Positions 53,781-64,000 of a DNA stretch of 64,000 nucleotides are shown here, one piece after another (position 1 is the first letter of the stretch; each line of letters starts with the position of its first letter). This DNA is from Fimbriosthenelais zetlandica (Eukaryota). The DNA lies in contig OZ365109.1 of assembly GCA_977030845.1 (NCBI GenBank), positions 60,078,001 to 60,142,000 on the forward strand, in the 5' to 3' direction. The notes under the pieces are model-generated. The model worked only from the letters and a program-made list of their open reading frames with translations, made no database searches and was not told where the DNA came from. The position numbers and the translations under genes were made by a program.

Positions 53781-54716
53781 GAACACAATCAAGGGTCTTT
53801 GTGGAACTTTGTCAAGATTGCCACTAACCAATGTTAGGGCCTACGAGAGGCAAGCAATGACAGGAATGAACTTATATTAAGAGTGAATTACAAGTGAAAA
53901 TAACAGATTAACCTAAGTTAAGATTAATTCCTGAACTACAAGCATAGAATCCAACCCTAATCCACAACTGTATTGGTGAGTAAGAAATAAAAGTTGTCTT
54001 TAGTTTTTTAAAACAGACAATTGCTTATCCATACCAAAATACTTCAAAGGGAACGTTTCAAAACTGATAACATTTACATGGATACACAGGGAATATTGCC
54101 AGCTGATACATGGTCCAGGTAGATTGTTAGTGAGAAAATACAGTGCATTCTTGCAAAAAGAATGCACAGCACCTAGCATATAGTTTGTAGTGCTTAGTCT
54201 CTTTCAGAAATATACAAAGATTTAGTACTCTACTCAGAGAACTAATAGTGAGGAAAAAAGAAGTAAAATATATATTTAGTATACATATAGGCAGTAAGCA
54301 AGATTATTATAAGTATTCAGATTTAGTTCTCGTTTGCTTAATTTCTGATGTTGAATGAATGTAATGTCTGTGCTATCATTGTTGTTTACCCACTTTCCCA
54401 GGTAACTCCTCAATCCCATTTATCAAGCTCGTCAACCCATCCACGTGGGCGACTGGAGAAGGAAATCATCTCGTTTACATTACAAAGATGGTAATTGGAT
54501 TTGTCTCGGAGAATTTGACATGTCCCCAGCATTAAAATCACCACGATGGCGCTTGGAGGAGAAAAACAAATAAAACTAATCCCATCTTTTATTTTCCAGG
54601 GACTCAAGTTCAAGCTGTGCTCAAAGGTTGCCACTCCATAACTTTCCACTTGGCTCTTGTTTTATGAAGAGGTCAACATGTCATTCATAGTTTCTCTGTG
54701 TCTTTTATTTCTACAG

Positions 54717-55001
54717 CTGTTCAGGTGACTGGCACAGAGTATGTGGAGAAGAGCACCACAGTTCATTTGGTGTGCAATGCCACGGGCAAGCCAGACCCGC
54801 CACACGACGTGGAGTGGTTCAAAAATGGAATCAAAGTCAATTCGGACGCTCAGAGTGGTATTTTGATAACAAAGAAAATCGAGACCAAAGTGCTCATCAG
54901 CGTCCTCGTCATCAAACATAGTAAAATGGGAGACGCTGGCACCTATATCTGCAGGTCTTCAAATAGAGACACAGGGGCCATTCAAGTCCATATTCTAAAC
55001 G
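54717..55001 (+). CDS. Dpr/zig-8-like protein, exon C (Ig2)
   Basis: ttttatttctacag acceptor and gtaagt donor, phase 1-1, 285 nt. Translates (T)VQVTGTEYVEKSTTVHLVCNATGKPDPPHDVEWFKNGIKVNSDAQSGILITKKIETKVLISVLVIKHSKMGDAGTYICRSSNRDTGAIQVHILN, a complete Ig domain (C...WFKNG...DAGTYIC). Confidence 0.96.
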
Positions 55002-56202
55002 GTAAGTATCTGAATCAAAGGGTTTTTTATACAAGGTGTCCACGGTGACAGAGTCCTTAAATTCTAATCCCCAGTCTTATTCTATAATTACTCGAAATAA
55101 ACATACCCTCAGGAACTATGTTAAATCCATCCCATTAGTAAATTGACGATATATACTTGAAGGTCTATGTACAGCTTCAATCCATCGGCCAGGCGGGAAA
55201 GGTGTGGGCGATACTTAATGGTCCTCGAAGAAGTCCTTTTAAACTCTGTAAAGCAGAAACAAAATTAAAGATTATAAATCCTTTCTGGGAATGATTAGTG
55301 ATTAAAGGTTTTTGAAGAGAGAATTCCTTCTATCAGGATATGATTTAAAGCAGAACAAAAGATGTTCTTGAGAAAATGTCTTTATCTGAGATTCAGGAAA
55401 ACTATCTTCAGAATTAATGGGATGAAATTTACTTACAAAAGGACTGAGGAAGACTTGTGTTTCAGAGTGATATTTTGATGATGATGCAATTCTCCCTGGA
55501 AGAAATATAATAGATTTATTATAATATCTGCCTTGAAGTACGATTCAACTATTTTGTATCTCCCCAAATGAAATAATCCAACAACCTGCTCCTATTGCTT
55601 ATTAAAGTATTTCATGCCTCTGTCCCAGACATCCTGTTTGCTCTATCATGAACTTTCATTACATTACTTTTATTACTTTGTAAACGCTGGTTCAAATTGA
55701 CTTTTGGCCTTTATCTTGCAAGTCTAATGCATCAACTATCTGATTATAATTATATTCACTTTGTAATCCCTTGATTTATTATATTATTTTGACCAAACAT
55801 TATGTGCATTTATAAGGTCAAATTGGAACTAAGCCAAGGAAAATATATGACCATATATATTTTACATTGCCAGAGAGATCAATAACATGTTGACCTTTCT
55901 TTCAAGACCTTTTGAGTTAATAACATGATATATAACCTTCTCTCAATAATTATATATAATATATCACTGTAATGTTCAATCCTGAATTAACTCGTTATTA
56001 TTAAGATCATCCATTCTGGGTACACAATGAATAAAGGCCTAGCCCATAAACCAGAATAAGACATCATGATGAACCTGTCCCCAAAAGAAGATATTTCATC
56101 GGTACACTATTGATAATGATAATACAGGTGTGCCTTATTTAGGTAGATGTGGTACTCGTTATTTTATATTGATTTGCCTCTATTGTATATCCTGCTTTAC
56201 AG

Positions 56203-56229
56203 TGTCAGCATCTAATGTTAAGAGGAGTG
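56203..56229 (+). CDS. Dpr/zig-8-like protein, 27-nt micro-exon D (VSASNVKRS)
   Basis: cctgctttacag acceptor and gtaagc donor at 56230. Phase 1-1, open in the frame of exons C and E. An alternative weaker donor at 56227 would give 24 nt. Confidence 0.72.
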
Positions 56230-56399
56230 GTAAGCCAGCATTACATTCATTATACATCATACCTATAACTGCTATCGTCACCCTCACTAAATTTAACCCT
56301 TCATTGTTCAAGGACCAAAGGCTATAATAATAAAAAGTTCTGATTACTAAAAGCAAGGACTCAAACACTCAAAGCCTTTGTCAAAGGGTTAAGACAAAG

Positions 56400-56830
56400 G
56401 CTGCTATACAACCATGAAATGATTAAATACTGGAAGTTTTCATTTTTATAAATTTCTGCCTCTCTCCTTTTCGCAAAACAATCAAGAATAATGTACCATA
56501 TAAGACCATACTGGTACTAGATTTGAATCCTGGTTGTTCTTTGAAGTTGCTTTGGAAATACCTCATGAACATACCTCCTTCAAAAGCCTTTTTGGTTTGG
56601 TCCAAATTCTGGACAATGTATATATTGCTCCCAAATCCTCTCCAGGTAGCGCCACCAATGCCTCTGCTTCTCTTGCTCCTTTCCACCCTCCCATGGCAGG
56701 CTGCCTACCACATGTTGAGAAACTCTGTTCTGGGAGGGAGGATGGCTCCTTTCATACCAACAGCTTACCTCCACTCGGTTGGGCAATCCACAAATTTGTC
56801 TGCGTCCGTTATCTTCAATACAGATACATT
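56400..56830 (-). mobile_element. L1-type endonuclease remnant just downstream of the micro-exon
   Basis: GMKGAIL (RGVAIL), SNIYIVQNLD (NIYAPNxD) and SNF (GDFN) in order. Confidence 0.38.
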
Positions 56831-58140
56831 TTCTAGATTAATTTTTTGGTAGGGCATCACGATCTAGAACTTATCCTCTAATTTGTTTCTTTTTTAAAGA
56901 TTTCATGATGCACAGGTCTGGTGAACAGGGTAAGTAAATGGTCCACAAATGCAAAAAGAAAGCAATGTAGAGTTTTTATTACCCTGGACCAGAAGATTTC
57001 TAAAGGAAAATTATAATTTTAGACAAGTGCTCCACACGTGTGTGATGGTAGGCACGTGTATTAGCATCATTTCTCTTGTCTGGGTTGACCAAGACACATT
57101 AGTTTTTGAGAGAAAATTGATATGCACTCATTACGAACTCGCTCTTTTTTAGAGAGCGCCTAGAAATTGGCATACAGATTTGTGGATCCCCAATATATTT
57201 TGTAGCAGAGCTATATCCTTACGCACATCCAAACCATCTTGCTATACTCATTTCATGCACCAACCAACCTTCTGCCCTGTCATTGTTTTGTGTTGTAGAT
57301 ATAAGGTATCACTTTTCTTATTCTAATTTTCTCATTAATTTACATAATTTGTTTTGCCTGAATGAAAAGTGTAGGTTATACAAATATGACCACATATAAT
57401 TGAGACAAATCTAAACTCAAATCAAGAGCACCATTGCACATGTAAGTGATGACTAAAATAAATAATAATTATGTATCATACAAGCCATTGAGAAATTGAC
57501 AAGATACCCTACTGAGATCCTGTTGAAGTATGAGAATTGGTTTATGAAATGATATAATCATGAAGACACAAATTGTGTCCTAAATTCAAGACTTCACGCT
57601 CGGCGAACTGTTCATGACTTTATATCTAAACACCAAAAGCTAATATTGCAAATAAATCGTCAGGAAATAATTTGACAAGATTGACAACATTTGTATAAAT
57701 GAATATTATATAGCCTAATTTGGAGTTGGTTTGGATAGGGATTTGTAATGAATCGGAAATGAAAATACATACAGTTTAGAACGGTCGGACATGTTTTATG
57801 TGATAACATTTTAGTACCATTTCCATTTTAAGTTGGTTCATCTTATTTGCATTTCTCCGGCCAAACCTGTAGGTGCATGATACCAAGCTTCACAATTTTG
57901 ATATTTCCCTTGGTCATCATAGATCGGTAGTTGATTAGAATGCATGACCCATATTTCAGCTTGTAAACATCCTTAAAATTCAATAACCTAACTGTAAGTC
58001 TTTGTGATATAAATATTTCAATATTTTTCTGTTTCGATAAGTACTCGTGGACATTACCGGTACATAAAGTTTAATGTAATAACACCAGGACAAAATATTT
58101 TTGTATAAGGCATTTAAACAAGAATATTATTTTTTTACAG

Positions 58141-58262
58141 ATTCGCCAGGCACGTCAAAGCACATGAAAGGTAGTGGTTCCCAAAGAAACCAATCCTCCA
58201 GTATAGCAACTATTCTCATTGTCCTCTTGACAACATTGGCAATATGTCTAAGACAAGTATGA
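58141..58262 (+). CDS. Dpr/zig-8-like protein, terminal exon E (linker + GPI-signal-like hydrophobic tail, stop)
   Basis: ttttttacag acceptor, phase 1. Translates (D)SPGTSKHMKGSGSQRNQSSSIATILIVLLTTLAICLRQV* (TGA 58260-58262): small-residue linker followed by a C-terminal hydrophobic stretch, as in GPI-anchored Dpr/IgLON proteins. Confidence 0.85.
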
Positions 58263-60767
58263 CCGGTACTAGCCCAGCCATTTAACCAGTGACAAATGCA
58301 CGAACTAGCGCACTAAATGAGCTGAGAAAGTGTTTTATCAGTTAAGGAATATGTATAGTTCAATCGCTTTCGTTTTAGAAGAGTGCAAATTGCCCAGGTG
58401 GGGGAAAAACTGTCTGGGCAACCAACCAACAACCAGGAATGTGCCGTGTGGGGGACAATCATCCGCTAAAATGGAATATCCCACAACTGTGCTGATTTCT
58501 ATTCAAGGAGCATGAACCAAAAAATGACAAAGAAAACAGACTTAAATTCTCGTGTTGGCAGAATCAGACATTAGGATTCCATAACACAAATGTGAGACTC
58601 GGTCTGTGCAAATAAATGGTGGGTTGAAGTGCGACTGGAAGCTAAAAGGAGAAATGGGCGAGGGTGTGAAAGGGCTCTGGATCAAATGTGATGGGAAGCA
58701 ATAATACGGCTGGGGGAAGGTGTGAAGCCACTTTGGACGACAGAGAGGAAGACATGTTAAAAAGGTTGCACAGGAGCCACTCCTAAATGGGATTGCTTTA
58801 AACCGGAGGATTGGCTGATCGGGTGAAGCGAAATGAATCATCAGTGGAGACTCGATTATAGAATGTGCTTCAATTGTCAATTGGAGCAAATCTTGGAACA
58901 AATCAAAATGACATTTAACAATCTCTAATCATCGTCATAAAAAAATAATGTAAATACATGTTCTTTTTTCTCTTCAGCCAATGTTGTGAAAGGTACACAT
59001 ATTATATGAAACTTCAATGTATCTCGTCCTTAAAGTAAGGGGGGAAACTGCATTAAAGGACTTCAGTTTCGTAGTTTATTTTTGTGGAAAAAAAAATACT
59101 AAGTAGGAGTATTACTTCAAAAGAAAATGATGCTTTTTTGCAATTGATGTGTACCTTTATATGTGATATGAAGTGGAAGGCAACGAGCAGGGTTTACACT
59201 TGCCAGTAAGAGCCTGCTGTGGCTGATCTAAAATGTATGGAAGTTCCTGGCAAATTTGAAAGTGTCTGTATATACAAAACATATATACAATTCTTTACAG
59301 CTATAGTTCACATACTTGTTTTTTGTACCAATCTTTCTTTACCAAGGGAAGAGATTACCAGTGGATACAGAGCATATATATAAATAAGATTATATGCTGA
59401 ACCACGTCAAAAATTTGGTATACTGCTTATAATTATGGATGCCTTGGCAGATATTAAGACAACTGCAATAATATTAATAAATCTCCTTGATATCAGGTTA
59501 AGTATAGTAAATATTTATAACTATAAATAGACAAGGGTATAGCACGTTGGACCTTCAGAAACATTTGCTTACCATAATTACCAATATGGTGCATATTGTT
59601 ACTTTTAATTTTGTTTAACCTTTCATGCACATCTATACTAAATATAATAATCCCATCATTTGAAAGGAACTTCCAAATTCAATTTCGAATCCAATAACTG
59701 TTATTCTGAGAAAGTGTCCGAAGAATTTAATATTTTCTCAGCATACTATCTTTCCCCATTTTATCTAACATGTAAGCATTCCACAAGTGAACGTTAGTAA
59801 AATGATGATGAGCGCAGTGAAGAAATTGAAGCTTTAGAGGAAGTGAATGCATCACAGGATACATAGCTTTTGTAATTAATTCCTCTCTATCTATCTGGGA
59901 TCTATATGGGCGGAGACTTGATATGTATGTAAATGTCTTCTAAGAGTGGGCCATGTCATCCCCAACACTCCAAGGTGCTGAAAAATGGCACATCAGACAA
60001 AATATGTTTTTACTCTGTACGTCTTTGCTCAAACGATTCTCAGCATTTTTCTGTGATTAAGTGTGGTATTTGTAATATACTGGTTACATTATAGTTCCCT
60101 AATAGAGTACACCAAGATGACACGGTGAAAATTACCAATTCATAATCAAGTTTTTTGGAGTCATGGTCATAACCAGATTATAATTTGAACCAGGGCGAGT
60201 AGAAAATATGATGTAGTTAAGAGGCGCGACTGCATGTAACCCAGATACTATTGATAATATACCTGGCAGCAAGTATTCGGTGTACAGATAGTGTTATTAA
60301 GGTGCAATAAAAGGATGCCAAATAAGATTAAATACCATAATATGCAACCCATACACCAAAGGCAAACCATTCCTCCTTTACTAACTTGAAAAACATATTC
60401 TAAAGTATATCGGTATATTATGAGTTATTTTATCAGTCATAAGATTTATCATAGCATAAAGCCATTTTTTATTTTGCTTCAGGAATTCAGAGACCCGCAT
60501 GCGCGAAGTTCCTTGATTGAAAGTTGAAAATATGAATCTTTCTACACAAGTATGTATGTTGTACGTTTCTGTAAAGTTAGAACTGCCGGGAACACCTCAA
60601 GTGTTACATTCACGCCATTGGATCAGAGTAATATATATTTGGTATTGAGAAAGTGAACAAAGCATAATCGCTATTCTAATCCCTACCTGATGTCAAAGAG
60701 TCAGGCAATTATATTGGGTGAGAAGGCGATGTGCCTAGGAAGAGTTCCAATACACAATGAAACACCA

Positions 60768-60820
60768 ACTTCATGAACACTTCATGAACACAACACACTT
60801 CATGAACACAACACACTTCA
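60768..60820. repeat. Short minisatellite (ttcatgaacacaacacac, ~2.5-3 copies)
   Basis: Seen directly. Confidence 0.85.
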
Positions 60821-62824
60821 AAACAATCCCTCTAAAACCAGTTATTTCTATAAAACTGACAGTTTCTTATAATGGTAAACATTCGTGTGGAATATTGTTC
60901 AGACACGTACAAGATGTTTTACATATCTGTGTAAATATTGCGAGCCAGGCATTTCTATGTAGTGCAGTACATTGTATCTTTTTTATATGTAATTATCAGA
61001 AATGATGAAAAAGATGGATTGTAGACATATTTGGTATTCAATCTATAGATATAATACCATCCTCCAACTGATTCTATAATGTAAAGCTAGAGCTTTTTTC
61101 CCAGCCCTGGCTGTTCTTTGAATTATATATAGATCCCCTTGGCTGTATCGTGAGCGTCACTCCCAGAAAAAGTTCCACTTGTTCATCTGTCCACATAAGG
61201 CTTGGCCAGAGAATGATTGAGAAACAACCAACTATTACCCTACCAAAAGGTAGCATAACTACCACTCCTAAGTCACAAATATTGTTATGAGAAAACAATC
61301 AATGGTTCAGTGATCGTTTTGTTGGGCTTTACATTAATAACAAATTGTATATATATCAGAGTATCTAGATCATTATAACATAGACCCCGAGGAAAGTGTG
61401 ATTCGAAAGGTGCTCAACAGTACCTTTGGTAGTTGAAAGAAGCAATTTAAAATTGCTTCAACCTGTATTGAATTTTTTTTAAAGTGTTGATGGAAGGGTG
61501 ATGGGTCCCAACCTTCTACAACTCCATCTTGATTTCATCTTAAGAGAAATCTATAGGAGGGGTAAATGGTATTTACAAACCTGTTGGCCTATATTTTATT
61601 GGATATTTTCTATGGTAAAATAATTATGAATGGAGGAGAATATATAGATAATAGTGGTAAGGACGTCCTATTCTTACCCATTTGTCAATAAGGAACTGTA
61701 CATAGTGACTTTGCTTTTCCTATAACATTTATGTTGTACATACCTTCGTGAGTCTTTTCCTTTAATCAAAGAGACCGGTTTTGATAGCATGTAAATGCTA
61801 CTATGTAATTCTATGTGTTTGTAGTTCTATTTTAATATACTTATTATTGGTGACACTTCCTTACTGAATCAACCAAACCTAATGCTAATCAACTATCCGT
61901 AAAAGATATTTCATAATGATAATGGCATTGTTAATAAAAGGCATACTTGACTATTTCAAGAATAACTATTTCAAGAAAGACTGAAAGAATTGTGAAAGAA
62001 GCCCTAAAATTACAAATTATTAGGAGAATAAGTTTCTTATGGGAGAATAAGAATCGTTTATATTCTAAGTTGGATGATTAGTTTCTTATGATAAGCAGTT
62101 CACTCTCAAAATATTATTATGTGAAGAACGTTAGAGGAACGTTATTATGAAATGAAAGTAAAAGAAAATGTTTCTGCATCAGAAACTAAGTGAATCCCTT
62201 AGAACACGGGCGGGACATAATATATATACTTCTGCCATAGATTATTTAATTCCTATGAGATTTGTATTAAGGATAAGTGATAAATAAATTATGAACTGTG
62301 TATGCTTCCAAAACTTGACATAATTTTCCTATTTAAAGCCCAAAAAAAAGTACCCGGTCATTATAATAACCATTATTTTTATTTTGTAGAAGATTTAGTA
62401 GATTGCTTCCTTTATTTATGCCATTTTGCAGACCATGCCTTGAAGATAATAAAATGTACTTGGAATATATATAAAATCAAGAATTGTGTTTGTCTATTTA
62501 TTTTTTGATGATGGTCGAGAAATATTATTATTATGGGGTAATGAACCAGCAGGCAAGTCCCAGCGAGTCAAAATAAAATGTAAGATGTTTGATCTATATA
62601 TACATACCTTATATAATATGAGAATTGCCAGCTATCTGGGGTTGATAAGCGTTGTACAAATAGCTAGGTCGATGAATATTTTGAAGAGATAGTAGGCTGT
62701 CCTGCAATGACAGGAACCATCTGCAACATGGGAAAACAGCACAGTAGCACAAATACATAAATATAACCAATTGACGAAATATTTGCCCATAGAAACAAAC
62801 ATTATATTAAACTATAGAGCAATG

Positions 62825-63174
62825 CACGGCTGTCAACTCTCCGGATTTGGGCCGGCGGCTCCGGCTTTTCAATGGGTCTCAAATGCCTCTCAAAGGGCTC
62901 CGCCCCTTGGGCTGCCAAAATCCACTTTTCTCAGGCTTTTTTGATCAAAACATTTAGGCAAATTAAACCCCTATTCAGGTGACATTTCCATTGTTTGGGG
63001 TGAAATAATTGTCCAGTTTAAAGTAAAATATATGTTTATGTAATGGTTAGGCCTATAGAAAGGATGCACTGAAATCGACCAGAGGTATCCCTCCTGAGCC
63101 CTCCAACATTTCCCTGTGACTTAGGCCTGCTAAAATACCTCCGGCTCTTTGGCCTTTTTCAAGTTGGCAGCCTG
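62825..63174. mobile_element. Small hAT-like MITE (~350 bp)
   Basis: Imperfect terminal inverted repeats cacggctgtcaact / agttggcagcctg, resembling CAGG(G)CTGCCAACT-type hAT ends. No intact TSD found. Confidence 0.45.
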
Positions 63175-64000
63175 GGTAACTTTGTTTTCGATTTTTCTGG
63201 GCAACTTTGTTTGAGAAGAGATCCGTCGATTCACATTTAAAAAAAATAGTTTGTTAGGCAACAATTGAGGGGATAAAAATCGGTAAAACCCACCTTCCAC
63301 CATCTTGTTGGATGCATGTTACTGCGGTTACAGCTGCACGTGTCGACACAGTGACTTATGGAGGGTATATCCTGCAAGCATTGATGCTCGATGGTGAAGT
63401 CCCCTATTATCGTTCACCTGCCGAAATATTATGTTAGGTTATCAACAGTCTTTAATGACATTCATTATTACGCTGACAGTAGACAGGAATATAACATTTC
63501 TAACCAACTTAACAAAATGAAGAGTAAACAAACACTTGAAATACCTGTTTATTCCTATGTTTACTGTATCAGTGTGGGCAGACGCTTCGATCGTTGACAC
63601 GGGTAGGTTTTGGCCACTTTTCTAGCCGGAAACTCTTAGCGCCCCTACAAGAATTCGAGGACTTGCTCCCGCGCGATCGGACACCCAGCTGCTGAAATGA
63701 ACAATCCCAGAACAGATTTCTTAACTTAATTAATATGTCAGAAAAAAATTGAAATGAATCCTTAAACTTGAAACGATAACAAAACTTCAGTCTGCTTTAG
63801 AACTTCAGTCTCTCTTATTATTCCTTCTCGTCATATTTATCAAGTAACCATTAATTAGACAATATTCAAAATTATAACACCAGCATTTAGCCTACTATCA
63901 AAAACCTTTGCTTATGCCAAGGGAATTCCCTGTATCATAACCATAGGCTAAAGCATTGTTATGAACCAACTTCCTGGATACCAAAGAGGGCGGGCCATCG

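Noticed and set aside
58820-58870. ISGDSII resembling the GDSI esterase motif of CR1/L2 ORF1
   Set aside because: Single short motif with no supporting context.
1-64000. Prokaryotic operons, defence systems, rRNA or tRNA genes
   Set aside because: No long intact ORFs, spliceosomal exon-intron structure is evident, and I saw no recognisable rRNA or tRNA sequence.

Overview
Animal genomic DNA, AT-rich and repeat-laden; the gene's protein looks lophotrochozoan (mollusc/annelid-like), which is an inference. The only host gene I can support is a + strand two-Ig-domain, probably GPI-anchored, Dpr/zig-8-type cell-surface protein. It has five visible coding exons (8146-8279, 43235-43448, 54717-55001, a 27-nt micro-exon at 56203-56229, and 58141-58262). 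The signal-peptide exon was not found and probably lies upstream. The introns, above all the ~35-kb intron splitting Ig1, are full of decayed L1/Tx1-type LINEs (mostly antisense) and DIRS/Ngaro-type tyrosine-recombinase retrotransposons. A young 1.2-kb foldback element with ~425-bp arms and a 7-bp TSD is also present. The main discovery is a heavily decayed but apparently near-full-length L (polymerase) gene of a negative-strand RNA virus (Mononegavirales/Jingchuvirales-like) on the minus strand at ~16050-23310. Remnants of the N-terminal, RdRp, PRNTase (GxxT...HR) and K-D-K-E methyltransferase motifs occur in the expected order and roughly the expected spacing, with a ~1.3-kb later insertion. 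All assignments come from manual translation and motif recall; no searches were run. Most short ORFs in the supplied track are not genes.
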